A DNA stretch of 43,946 nucleotides from a virus (IMGVR_UViG_3300005263_000077:1-43946), one strand, 5' to 3'; positions 8,780-17,021 are shown, counted from the first letter of the stretch. Translations and numbers: made by a program. Notes: generated from the sequence alone by a model not told the origin.

Positions 8780-8948
8780 CAAATTCCTCCTTATCACAGC
8801 TGAATGACACATCCGAAGCCTCACAAAGGGCTACGAAAGGCCCCGGCATATGGAATACACAATCCTGACAGAGATTGAGCGTTTTACGTTTCACCCATTG
8901 AAACTCATGCCCAATCACCCTAAAAACACGCCTGTAGTTGCTCATCAA
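8742..8948 (-). CDS. Small Cys-rich hypothetical protein
   Basis: AGGAG RBS; CQDCVF...C...C. Confidence 0.6.
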   Translation of the reverse strand: MMSNYRRVFRVIGHEFQWVKRKTLNLCQDCVFHMPGPFVALCEASDVSFSCDKEEFGAWQEINLGKQR

Positions 8949-9022
8949 CTCTCCTGTATAATACCGTTGTATTGTTAGTACACTACTTATGTATTGTCAA
9001 CAGGAAAATGAGCGCTGGTACG

Positions 9023-9304
9023 TTATTTACAGGGAACCCACCGAATCTTAGGAGGCCTATAGAGGTCGTCGGCATCATCGAAGGGAGTGCCGAAGGGCTT
9101 CTCAGGATCGGCGGTATAGGTTTCCTGCTGTACAGGAAAGAGCTTTTTAGCTGTCACCTTGACGACCTTCATATTCGGTTCCCACTTCTTTGAAGCCTCA
9201 CTCCCGAGCCATTTGGCGATCCCGGCATTCGGAGCGATGATCGGGTAAATGCCTGTCCCGCCGCCTTTATAGTAGACTTCCACTTCGTACTTCATCATAA
9301 GCAA
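9023..9304 (-). CDS. Hypothetical early protein
   Basis: GAGGGAGGG RBS; co-oriented with neighbouring early genes. Confidence 0.6.
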   Translation of the reverse strand: MLMMKYEVEVYYKGGGTGIYPIIAPNAGIAKWLGSEASKKWEPNMKVVKVTAKKLFPVQQETYTADPEKPFGTPFDDADDLYRPPKIRWVPCK

Positions 9305-9543
9305 ATTCCCTCCCTCTTTGGCTTAGTACATTAAATGTGCTTCTATTCTCGGAATAAAAAATCATCCATCATTGATATGACAGCATATCCTCTTAGCCTA
9401 TTTAGGCTCAAAATAATTTTTAGGAGGTAATAGAAATTATTGCCGTATATTTTTTTCTTGCCTATGCATCGAATGTTGATGAGCCATTTAGATAATAAAG
9501 TGAGGATACGAAATACCGTATAGCTTTGAATGATATACAATTT

Positions 9544-9571
9544 TAAGGGGGAGTATAATTCTCCCCCTTTA
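9544..9571. terminator. Hairpin terminator, probably bidirectional
   Basis: AAGGGGGAG-TATAATT-CTCCCCCTT with T-rich flank. Confidence 0.6.
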
Positions 9572-9588
9572 TTGCTCCCTAATTACTA

Positions 9589-9993
9589 CTATAGCATGGC
9601 ATCTTCATCGACCTTCTTGTAGAAATAGAAGGTGGGCATTAGGATAAAGCCTGATACATTCTTTGAGTAGTACCTAGGATCAGACGCAAAGTTGCGCTCT
9701 TGAAGCTCTTTGTAAATTTGCTGAGCCTCACTTATAGAATAAGTACGCCTTAGTAAAAAGCCACAATTAGCTTGTTTTATGTCTTTAGGAGTGAAATACT
9801 CAATGATTTCATCTATTCTTTCCTCTGGAAGCAACATTACAAGCCATTTTGAGTAATCACCCTTCTGGGCGCTAATCATAGCATCATATGTCTTGTCATG
9901 CCAAAAATCCTTGCTTACGATATTCCCTTTGACATATTCAACTAAAGAATCAACTTCATTCAAATAGTCATTTTTTAATACACTTTCAGTCAT
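9589..9993 (-). CDS. Hypothetical protein (AT-rich)
   Basis: 134-aa ORF with AGGAG RBS. Confidence 0.65.
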   Translation of the reverse strand: MTESVLKNDYLNEVDSLVEYVKGNIVSKDFWHDKTYDAMISAQKGDYSKWLVMLLPEERIDEIIEYFTPKDIKQANCGFLLRRTYSISEAQQIYKELQERNFASDPRYYSKNVSGFILMPTFYFYKKVDEDAML

Positions 9994-10216
9994 AAATTCT
10001 CTCCTATTGCCTAGAATTAGTTTCGAAAAAGTAGCCCCAACTAAAAATTAACCCTGAACTAAGTGAATCCCATAATGAAGCCTCCTTAAGGTGAATTTCA
10101 AACGTTCCCCTCTAGAGTGGTAGACGTTCGACATACATTATATAAAAATCACCCTCGGTAGAAAACGTCTCTAATATTGACTACACTGCTCTCGAAAAGC
10201 GTGCTATTAGGCTAGT

Positions 10217-10408
10217 TCACGCTTCTTCCTCCTCGCTTCGGTGTTCATTGAACTGATGGGCGATTATCATTCTTGGCTCTTTCCCTATCTGGCTATTTGG
10301 ATCTGTATTTGACTTTTTATTTATTGTCTTTTCTTCTTCTCTCTTCTTATCTCTAATCTCTTGAGCCTTCCTCAAGAATCCACTCCGAAACGCAATGACC
10401 GTACTCAT
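10217..10408 (-). CDS. Hypothetical protein
   Basis: Coupled (ATGA overlap) to upstream ORF; GAGGAGG RBS. Confidence 0.55.
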   Translation of the reverse strand: MSTVIAFRSGFLRKAQEIRDKKREEEKTINKKSNTDPNSQIGKEPRMIIAHQFNEHRSEEEEA

Positions 10409-10968
10409 GCCGCCGCCTCCTCAGTTTCAAGCTTTCTCATTTCGGAAACGTACTTTTCACATTCCTGGTACGTCCCCGATGCTTCGACATCCCCCTCCTC
10501 ATTGAATACGTTGTAGGTGTCACCTTCCAGGTAGGCTTTCCAGGCCTGAAACTCTTGTTCGAGATAGCCTTTCAGGAGCTCTGCCCGATCCTTGTTGATC
10601 CTCTTCCAGCCCATGAGCTTTACAACGCTTTCAGGCTTTATGTAGATGAAGCCAAGCTTGCCGCAATCCCACTGTCGGTCAGGCCAGTTGCCATAGCCGC
10701 CTAGGGATACGGTGATGCCTGAGTGGTCATACATATAGATTTCCTTGAAGATTCCCCACTTCATCGCCCAAAGAAGATCCTTTCGGTAATCTTCGATGTA
10801 GCCTGTAAGCCTGTCGGGGTTTGAAAAGTTCTCATCCCCAAGGCAATACCGCCTATGGCCTGTCACGATAGTCGTTAGGTTGTCACATTCTCGCCTTCCC
10901 AGAGGGTCCTGATCCTGGATGATCCTGTAGGTTTTGATTCCGGCCTTATCCATCATGGCATCCTTCAT
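10405..10968 (-). CDS. Conserved phage/MGE hypothetical protein (YMYDHSG...WDCG.LG family)
   Basis: IYMYDHSGITVS, WDCGKLGFIY, YLEGDTY motifs seen in MGE early/leading-region genes. Confidence 0.7.
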   Translation of the reverse strand: MKDAMMDKAGIKTYRIIQDQDPLGRRECDNLTTIVTGHRRYCLGDENFSNPDRLTGYIEDYRKDLLWAMKWGIFKEIYMYDHSGITVSLGGYGNWPDRQWDCGKLGFIYIKPESVVKLMGWKRINKDRAELLKGYLEQEFQAWKAYLEGDTYNVFNEEGDVEASGTYQECEKYVSEMRKLETEEAAA

Positions 10969-11189
10969 GAGTGAAAGCTGTAGTGCGATAAAGCTTGGTC
11001 ATCGAAGATCGCACCCATGACGAATGGACTTCTCCCCTCGCCCCGCCAGAATACGAGCGTGTAGTTTCGCTCACCCCATCCATCTTTGCTGATTGTTACC
11101 TTCTCGGCGTTGATCTGCTGCCCATACCGATGCGCCTTTAAGAGAACGACATCGGGGATGTCCTGTAATCCTTGTGTATCGACGATCAT
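10965..11189 (-). CDS. Hypothetical protein
   Basis: GAGG RBS; ATGA overlap with next gene; ends YSFHS. Confidence 0.6.
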   Translation of the reverse strand: MIVDTQGLQDIPDVVLLKAHRYGQQINAEKVTISKDGWGERNYTLVFWRGEGRSPFVMGAIFDDQALSHYSFHS

Positions 11190-11255
11190 ATATACCTCAT
11201 TTGTAGCTTTATAGAATACTTATGTATTGCTTATGATATAAAAACAGTACCCTCT

Positions 11256-11729
11256 TCAACTTCCAGGGGAAGCGGCGATCTTTCCATGTTCAACAAAGCT
11301 GTAGGAGCCATACTTCCCGATGATGAGGTGATCCAGGATCGGGATTCCCATGACATCACCTGCATCTCTTAAGCGTTTGGTGATTTCAATATCTTCCATA
11401 GAAGGTTCCACCGAGCCTGATGGATGGTTATGGGCAATGATGATCGCCACGGCATTATCCTTGATCGCTGCCCGGTACACTTCCCTGGGATGGATTAGGG
11501 TCTTGTTTACCAACCCTTTCGTTACCGTATGTGTCTTGATAGCCTTATGGGCTCCATCGAGGCTTATCACGATGAAATGCTCCTGGTTTCGCCTTGCGAA
11601 TGATGCCAGGAGCTTCACGACATCCTTAGGCTGCTTCACCTGTACTTCCGAGACAATCCTTGAGATTGCCCCGCCGTAGTTACCCTTTTCGAGCATCGAC
11701 AGGACTTCCGATTTGTCAGACTCGTTCAA
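11256..11729 (-). CDS. radC: RadC-like JAB domain protein
   Basis: QEHFIVISLD, HPREVYRAAI, AHNHPSG...PSMED, ILDHLIIG; TTG start after GGAGG. Confidence 0.9.
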   Translation of the reverse strand: MNESDKSEVLSMLEKGNYGGAISRIVSEVQVKQPKDVVKLLASFARRNQEHFIVISLDGAHKAIKTHTVTKGLVNKTLIHPREVYRAAIKDNAVAIIIAHNHPSGSVEPSMEDIEITKRLRDAGDVMGIPILDHLIIGKYGSYSFVEHGKIAASPGS

Positions 11730-11893
11730 TTCTCCACCTCCCATACATCTAACACTCTTTTAAGAGCCTTTAGCTTCAAAACTGACCCAAGAAACTCTCT
11801 TGTACCTCCTGGCGTGACGCCATAAACCTGTTGCCCTTCGACCAGCATCATGAAGATGCCAAGGCCGAACCTGTAGTACATGCCGACTACCAT
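11726..11893 (-). CDS. 55-aa hypothetical protein (not in ORF track)
   Basis: AGGAGG RBS, ATG 11893; stop overlaps radC TTG start. Confidence 0.55.
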   Translation of the reverse strand: MVVGMYYRFGLGIFMMLVEGQQVYGVTPGGTREFLGSVLKLKALKRVLDVWEVEN

Positions 11894-12011
11894 TGGTGAG
11901 ACCTCCTAATTCCTTTCATTAAAAGATTTTTCGCAAAACAGTAAAAGAAAGTAAGCTTAATTCATTATTTGATTATGAAATAATGCAGATTCGAATCTAA
12001 CATTTTTACTA

Positions 12012-12040
12012 TTGTCAATATGGCTTTTATTGATTACACT
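12012..12040 (+). promoter_or_regulatory. sigma70-like promoter for sRNA
   Basis: TTGTCA-N17-TACACT. Confidence 0.6.
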
Positions 12041-12046
12041 TATCTC

Positions 12047-12113
12047 AGCTTATCTACCTGGTGTAGACGGAGTATTCGGAGCCGCCCCTTAAAAGGCGGC
12101 TCTAGCTATTTTT
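12047..12113 (+). ncRNA. Candidate ~65-nt sRNA convergent with the DUF3800 pair
   Basis: AGCU/AGCU closing stem; hairpins UCUAC-CUGGU-GUAGA and GAGCCGCC-N8-GGCGGCUC; U tract at 12109-12113. Confidence 0.55.
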
Positions 12114-12584
12114 ATGCATATAATCTAAATATTCTTGTTGAAGCCTCTCATGGCGATGCGACTCTTCAATGCAATAAGCAGTACAAAGCATATAGTAATC
12201 TCGTCGAATCCCTAAAACGACTAAATACCTTAGTTCAGGGATGTATATCAGTATACGTTCTTCACTCTTTCTATGGTTCTTCCAGATCCAAAGGCCATCC
12301 GAATCATCATGCTCAATGATAGGTCTTGGCCACCTAATTCTTTCACAGCGACTAATTTCAATATTTCTACTTTCTTCAATATCGCCTGAAGAAACCAGAT
12401 GCCAAAATGACTTCTCCTTCCCTTCTGATATCGGTTCTCGTCTTCGATGAACAGGAACATCTCGAAACCTTACTTCATTAAAAATAAAATCATCTTGATA
12501 ATAGCCATAAACGATTTCAAGAAATGTTTCCCAAATTCCACAAGCATCTTCCAAGAGGACCAATTCTGGTAGCCAGTCAATCAT
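12102..12584 (-). CDS. P1 RlfB-like protein (predicted RelE/PBECR-like RNase fold)
   Basis: FWHLVS, RCERIRWPRPIIE, YLVVL...LCTAY motifs; coupled to the DUF3800 gene. Confidence 0.65.
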   Translation of the reverse strand: MIDWLPELVLLEDACGIWETFLEIVYGYYQDDFIFNEVRFRDVPVHRRREPISEGKEKSFWHLVSSGDIEESRNIEISRCERIRWPRPIIEHDDSDGLWIWKNHRKSEERILIYIPELRYLVVLGIRRDYYMLCTAYCIEESHRHERLQQEYLDYMHKNS

Positions 12585-13287
12585 CTAAATCTGCCTTTTT
12601 AGAGCGCCATATTAGAAGATTTATTTTTTTTGCTTTATAGAGGGTATTATTCATTAAAGTGTATCCTGAACGCTCTCTTATTCGTTCAACTATTTCAAGC
12701 TTCCCAGAGTTGCTACTGAGCTGTCGATGTAAATAGCTTAATGCTCCTGTAAGCACATCGGTAAGCTGAATAATGGCAACCTGTTTAGAATTAACTAGCT
12801 GTATATCTTTGATAATGTCCCGAGAAAAATCATAATAGCTATTGCAAAGCACTTCATGAAGTTTCTGAACCCTCTCGCCGCCTCTAGTATCTTTATAATC
12901 GAGGAAAATTTTATAATCTGAATCTGGTTCAAGGATATTTTTTAGCAATGTGAAAAGCATTTTGTAATACCATTCATCATGAGTTTGATGAAACTCAGTA
13001 TGATTCAATATCTTTTTGTCGGGAATAATGACTCCACGAAAATGTAAATCGTCATTATCAAAGAAATAATCGATGATATCGTAGTAGAGTTTATAATGGT
13101 TTGCGGAAATTTTAGTCCACTTCAGCTCATAATCCACACCTAGTCCGTACTTAGCTTTAATCTCTTTTATTCGACGATTTACTTCTTTCACTTCCCCAGC
13201 CGAACACCAGACTGCTCCGAGGACCATAACATCTATACCATCATGTTCAAGATGACAACTTTCATCACAATAAATATTATAACTCAT
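12577..13287 (-). CDS. DUF3800 family protein (P1 RlfA-like, RNase H-like acidic motifs)
   Basis: IYCDESCHL, ELKWTK, IQLTDVLTGA. Confidence 0.85.
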   Translation of the reverse strand: MSYNIYCDESCHLEHDGIDVMVLGAVWCSAGEVKEVNRRIKEIKAKYGLGVDYELKWTKISANHYKLYYDIIDYFFDNDDLHFRGVIIPDKKILNHTEFHQTHDEWYYKMLFTLLKNILEPDSDYKIFLDYKDTRGGERVQKLHEVLCNSYYDFSRDIIKDIQLVNSKQVAIIQLTDVLTGALSYLHRQLSSNSGKLEIVERIRERSGYTLMNNTLYKAKKINLLIWRSKKADLDD

Positions 13288-13293
13288 CGACGT

Positions 13294-13322
13294 ATTTTAT
13301 AGCCGCAGGCCCCTTCAAGCAA
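13294..13322 (-). promoter_or_regulatory. Promoter giving a probably leaderless DUF3800 mRNA
   Basis: TTGCTT-N17-TAAAAT ends 7 nt before the ATG; no Shine-Dalgarno. Confidence 0.55.
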
Positions 13323-13344
13323 GCGAAAACGCTACTTACTGATA

Positions 13345-14655
13345 ATGCTACAGCCCCGGACTCGAACCGAGCGACAACCCTATGCTGTAGCACGGACTAA
13401 TCCTATCTGGATGATAGGCAAGCCCATTGAAGCTATTTGTGGCCTAACGACTGGCCCATTCGACCCACTATGGCTCTTTGGTACTCCCCTCTTCGTATGG
13501 TGTCCCAGGCTAGAAGTTTCCTGCATCCTCTAGACGTGGACTGACCCTACAATTCGCCTTCGCGCAAGGTGAATCGGCACTTAAGCGCCTGACCCATTCC
13601 GACTACATAGCGCCACAAAGTGGCTGCCCCGTCGGCTCGGATCGCCCACTACCCCTAGCAACCGCAGGATACTTCCAGCCTGTTCTACCATACAAAGCTC
13701 TCAACGCTCATCGCGCATATCAAGGACGCTAACCTATTACGGGTATGAAGAGACTTACCCTATTGCATGGTGACAACACTACAACTGTATCCCTATGGAG
13801 CAAGATCCATGCCTATAATGGGAGACTACGGGCTTGCCGATGGCGTGCCAGTCTACGCGAAAGCATGAGCCATGCCAATTTATGGGAATTGTAGCTATAC
13901 AATCCGAAAGCCTATGAATACATAGTGCTTTCTATATATCGATTGCCCGTAAAATTGCCCTATTGAGTGAAAGAAAAAATCGAGACTACGCCCTATAATT
14001 CAAGACTTTCTGAGCTTCCTTGTGCAGCGTGTTTTTTGCCGTTGCCGATGCTTTCAATACGTCGTCAAGCGTTGAGTGTTCCGTGATATGCCTATAGCAG
14101 GTCAAGAAAGGCCCTTTCGCTATCTTTCCGGCTTTCCTGTCGAGTACATAGCCTTTCACGACGTTGAAGGCTTCTATATCACTTCCCGCGGATTTTATGA
14201 GATTCACGGCTTTCCTAGTGCTCGCCTTCCTGCTTCCATATCGTGCCGCGCTTTGCGCTACGGCTTCCGGCTTTCCTGCCTGTATGCTTGCCATGAGAGC
14301 GGGAAGCATTGCTTTCATAGTATCTGCGACGATTGAAGAAATAAGCTTTTCCATTGCGATATTGTCCATATATATGCCCCTTTGTGTTGATTTTTAGGGC
14401 AATTATATAGGCAATCGATAAACTTCCTTCCTTAGTGGTGGCGGGTCAAGCTTTCAAGGTTCGGCAAGCATGGCGCGGGCTTTCTATAAAGCCCCTTGAT
14501 TGAACGCATTTCACTGCGCGGGAAAGATAGGACACTTCCCTTTCTACGGTCGCCCTTGCGTACTAGACTGCAAGACTATCCGCAACGTGTCACGGCTTTA
14601 CGTGACGGCTTGTAAAAGAACATATATCGTGAATCTTTCTCTATCGTTTCACGAT
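13345..14655 (-). ncRNA. Large ornate structured RNA (GOLLD/ROOL-like size and context) with embedded ORF and 3' tRNA-like T-arm
   Basis: More than 12 stems found by eye, including 13495-13524/13664-13693 (25 bp), 13937-13962/14395-14420 and 13832-13840/14461-14469. Terminal 9-bp stem encloses GGUUCGAGUCC. Promoter at the 5' end. Confidence 0.7.
13986..14369 (-). CDS. 127-aa Ala/Lys-rich basic protein embedded in the structured RNA
   Basis: AAAGGGG RBS; ORF bracketed by 26-nt inverted repeats. Confidence 0.7.
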   Translation of the reverse strand: MDNIAMEKLISSIVADTMKAMLPALMASIQAGKPEAVAQSAARYGSRKASTRKAVNLIKSAGSDIEAFNVVKGYVLDRKAGKIAKGPFLTCYRHITEHSTLDDVLKASATAKNTLHKEAQKVLNYRA

Positions 14656-14712
14656 AATATTACCTTATCAGCCATTTAGAATCATGTCAAATGATTTGTA
14701 TCGTTTTACGAT
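14643..14712 (-). promoter_or_regulatory. Leftward sigma70 promoter (TTGACA-N17-TAAGGT) flanked by two ATCGT-N3-ACGAT palindromes
   Basis: -35 at 14690-14685, -10 at 14667-14662; palindromes at 14643-14655 and 14700-14712. Confidence 0.7.
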
Positions 14713-14913
14713 GATTATTGTGAAATATATATCGCCTTGAATTAGTGCAACTGGCATACTATTTGCTCGTATTGATAGAAACTAAATGCAATAGAATTGC
14801 AGAATAACAGGTATAGAACTGCCTTAGATGAAGCAGAAAGAAGCCCCAGGGGGGACTAAGCCACTTGCTCGTGTAGGAATGACCTCTAGAATTATCTGCA
14901 ATATAAAAAGGTC

Positions 14914-14941
14914 TTGACTATTAACGTGAAACGATTAATAT
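14914..14941 (+). promoter_or_regulatory. Rightward promoter with a third operator copy in the spacer
   Basis: TTGACT-N16-TAATAT; AACGTGAAACGAT at 14923-14935. Confidence 0.6.
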
Positions 14942-14965
14942 AGTATAACGCATGCGGAGGAAGGG

Positions 14966-15187
14966 ATGGCATATAAAGCTTCGAGCGATAAAGTGTACGT
15001 AGGTCTCAAGCTTCCAGAAAAAAACTTCACCCTATTGGATACCTTAGTAAAAACTGATGGTGGGTCTCTTTCTGGTTATATCAATGAAGCTATCTTTGAT
15101 TGGCTAAAGGCAAAAGGACTAGAGCCGGAGGCCTTTGTAGATGGCCGTACAGGGAAATGGCTAGTGAAGAGGGAGAAAGCCGAGTGA
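14966..15187 (+). CDS. Ribbon-helix-helix (CopG/Arc-like) regulator
   Basis: VYVGLKLP alternating beta strand, then two helices (SLSGYINEAIFDWL); GGAGG RBS. Confidence 0.75.
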   Translation: MAYKASSDKVYVGLKLPEKNFTLLDTLVKTDGGSLSGYINEAIFDWLKAKGLEPEAFVDGRTGKWLVKREKAE

Positions 15188-15729
15188 GCGCAACACCGGA
15201 AGCCAGTAAAGGCAACTTTGATGAACGTGCAGCAGCTTTCGTTGTTGAGATAACCGATCCAGATTCTCCCAACTTCGGCAATGCCTTAGGTTCAGCTGTA
15301 TCGGCTATGGATGTCACCTATGAAACAGCTCATAAGCAATCTTACAAGCTCATGCGCCAGGACCGAATCAGGAATGAGATAGAACGCATCCTTGAAGAGC
15401 GAGGAATGGGTAAGGAACATCGTTCTAGCGTTCTTATTGAGCTTATCACCCAGAAGATGACCAGGAAGACAGAACGATACAATGCAGATGGTGAGCTTGT
15501 AGAGGTTGTTAAGTCAGGTCCTACCTTCTCTGACATTATCAAAGCAGTAGATACGCTAAATCGGATGGACGGTACTTATACAGATCAGAAGAAAGTGTCA
15601 GATCAAGAACGAGATGTACATAGAATACTAATTAAAGAAGTTATGCGGGAAGCAAGGGATAAGGCTAACGGAAAGAGAATAAAGGATAGTAATAGTATTG
15701 ACGTCGAATTTATTCGGGATCATCATTAA
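15184..15729 (+). CDS. terS: Terminase small subunit
   Basis: FGNALGSAVSA...AHKQSYKLMRQDRIRNEI HTH and IKAVDTLNRMDG pattern; GTG start overlapping the RHH stop. Confidence 0.7.
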   Translation: MSATPEASKGNFDERAAAFVVEITDPDSPNFGNALGSAVSAMDVTYETAHKQSYKLMRQDRIRNEIERILEERGMGKEHRSSVLIELITQKMTRKTERYNADGELVEVVKSGPTFSDIIKAVDTLNRMDGTYTDQKKVSDQERDVHRILIKEVMREARDKANGKRIKDSNSIDVEFIRDHH

Positions 15730-15765
15730 TAATATTAGAATTAATAATGATAATACGGAGGATTT

Positions 15766-16419
15766 ATGAAAAAGAGTGTATACTATATTCTTATAATTTT
15801 ATCTACTATTATCATTCAATCATGTGCAACACTTGTTAGTTCTGAGATAACAGTTTTTCATGATATTGATAATTATCAAAAAGATAAGGTTTTCTGTATA
15901 TTCCCTGTTCAAGAGCAAAAAGGATCTCTCGAATTTAATTATTATGCAAATATAATAAAAAGTGGGTTAACTGAAAGAGGCATGACATTCACAGATAATA
16001 TTGATAATGCAAATATTATATTACTTTTTAGCTATGGTATTACTGATGGAAAAGAAAAGACAGGATCATTACCAGTTTTTGGGCAAACAGGAATATCAAG
16101 TTCATCTTCAACATTTAATTTTTATAATAGAGGTGGAAATACTACAGGTAATATTTCAACGATCAATAATCCATCTTATGGTATTATAGGCACAAGACAA
16201 TATAGCTATACAGAATATGGAAGATATTTATGGATTGGAATGTTTGACAAACAGTCTCTTGTTGATAATAATGTAAAGCAACTATACAACGCAACAATAA
16301 TCAGTGTTGGTAGTGCAAGTAATATTAAAGAAGTATTGCCAACAATGATAAAGTCATTTTTTACAGTATATCCTGGTATAAATGGGAAAGTTGAGAATAT
16401 TACATTAGAAAAAGAGTAG
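15766..16419 (+). CDS. DUF4136-like lipoprotein (moron)
   Basis: MKK + hydrophobic stretch + IQSC lipobox; very AT-rich. Confidence 0.7.
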   Translation: MKKSVYYILIILSTIIIQSCATLVSSEITVFHDIDNYQKDKVFCIFPVQEQKGSLEFNYYANIIKSGLTERGMTFTDNIDNANIILLFSYGITDGKEKTGSLPVFGQTGISSSSSTFNFYNRGGNTTGNISTINNPSYGIIGTRQYSYTEYGRYLWIGMFDKQSLVDNNVKQLYNATIISVGSASNIKEVLPTMIKSFFTVYPGINGKVENITLEKE

Positions 16420-16541
16420 CCATAGTAAGATTTATTGTTCAACCAATTATTAGGATTTAACTTGTTTTTGCATTAGTTTTGCATTCTATGTTAAAAGTGC
16501 ATTAAATATAATTAGCGCATTATTCAAGGAGGCATTATCCA

Positions 16542-17021
16542 ATGGAAACTAAAACTGGAGTAAAAATATTTTTTATAATTCTCGTATTGTTATGGATAAT
16601 TTTTGCACTTCCTCCATTATATAGTAGTGGTGGTGAAAGTATAGGTGGTGATCTGGCAATCTTAGTATTAGGAATCATCACACCAATTGGCCTTACTGTT
16701 GCTTTAACTATATCAATAATAAATGATATAAAACATAATAACGAAAAAGCAAAGGAAAAAACAAAAAAAGAAGAACATGCTGAAAGGCAAATATCTTTAA
16801 CAAGAAATATTCTAAACATTGTTGCGAAAAGTTCAAAACCTTTATCTGTTTATGATTTTATGATGCAGATTCAAGAGACAGAAGATAATATTGAGTCAGA
16901 ACTGGAGCATTTTGTAGAAAAAGGATTAGCAGAGAAAATAGCGAATGAAAAAGGCCTTACCTTATATAAATTTTTATTTGCCTCTTCTGACATCGAACAA
17001 AACGATGAAAAGAATAATTAG
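16542..17021 (+). CDS. Membrane protein, 2 TM + C-terminal winged helix (moron)
   Basis: Two hydrophobic segments; ILNIVAKS..LSVYDF...ELEHFVEKGLA wHTH pattern. Confidence 0.65.
   Translation: METKTGVKIFFIILVLLWIIFALPPLYSSGGESIGGDLAILVLGIITPIGLTVALTISIINDIKHNNEKAKEKTKKEEHAERQISLTRNILNIVAKSSKPLSVYDFMMQIQETEDNIESELEHFVEKGLAEKIANEKGLTLYKFLFASSDIEQNDEKNN

Noticed and set aside
9343-9540. 65-aa AT-rich ORF
   Set aside because: TTG start without RBS and low-complexity composition; probably intergenic DNA.
10005-10090. Strong RBS followed by ATG GGA TTC ACT TAG (possible pseudogene or leader peptide)
   Set aside because: Too short to evaluate; no supporting homology visible.
13346-13392. tRNA or tmRNA gene suggested by GGTTCGAGTCC
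   Set aside because: Only 47 nt: a T-arm on a 9-bp stem with no D or anticodon arm and no CCA, and no tmRNA 5' end. Treated as the 3' domain of the large RNA.
13345-14655. Group I/II intron, retron or IS/MITE explanation for the structured region
   Set aside because: No interrupted gene, no GUGYG start or domain V, no correctly ordered group I P7 pair (only an isolated GAGACTA at ~13822), no RT or transposase in the window, and no target duplication beside the inverted repeats.
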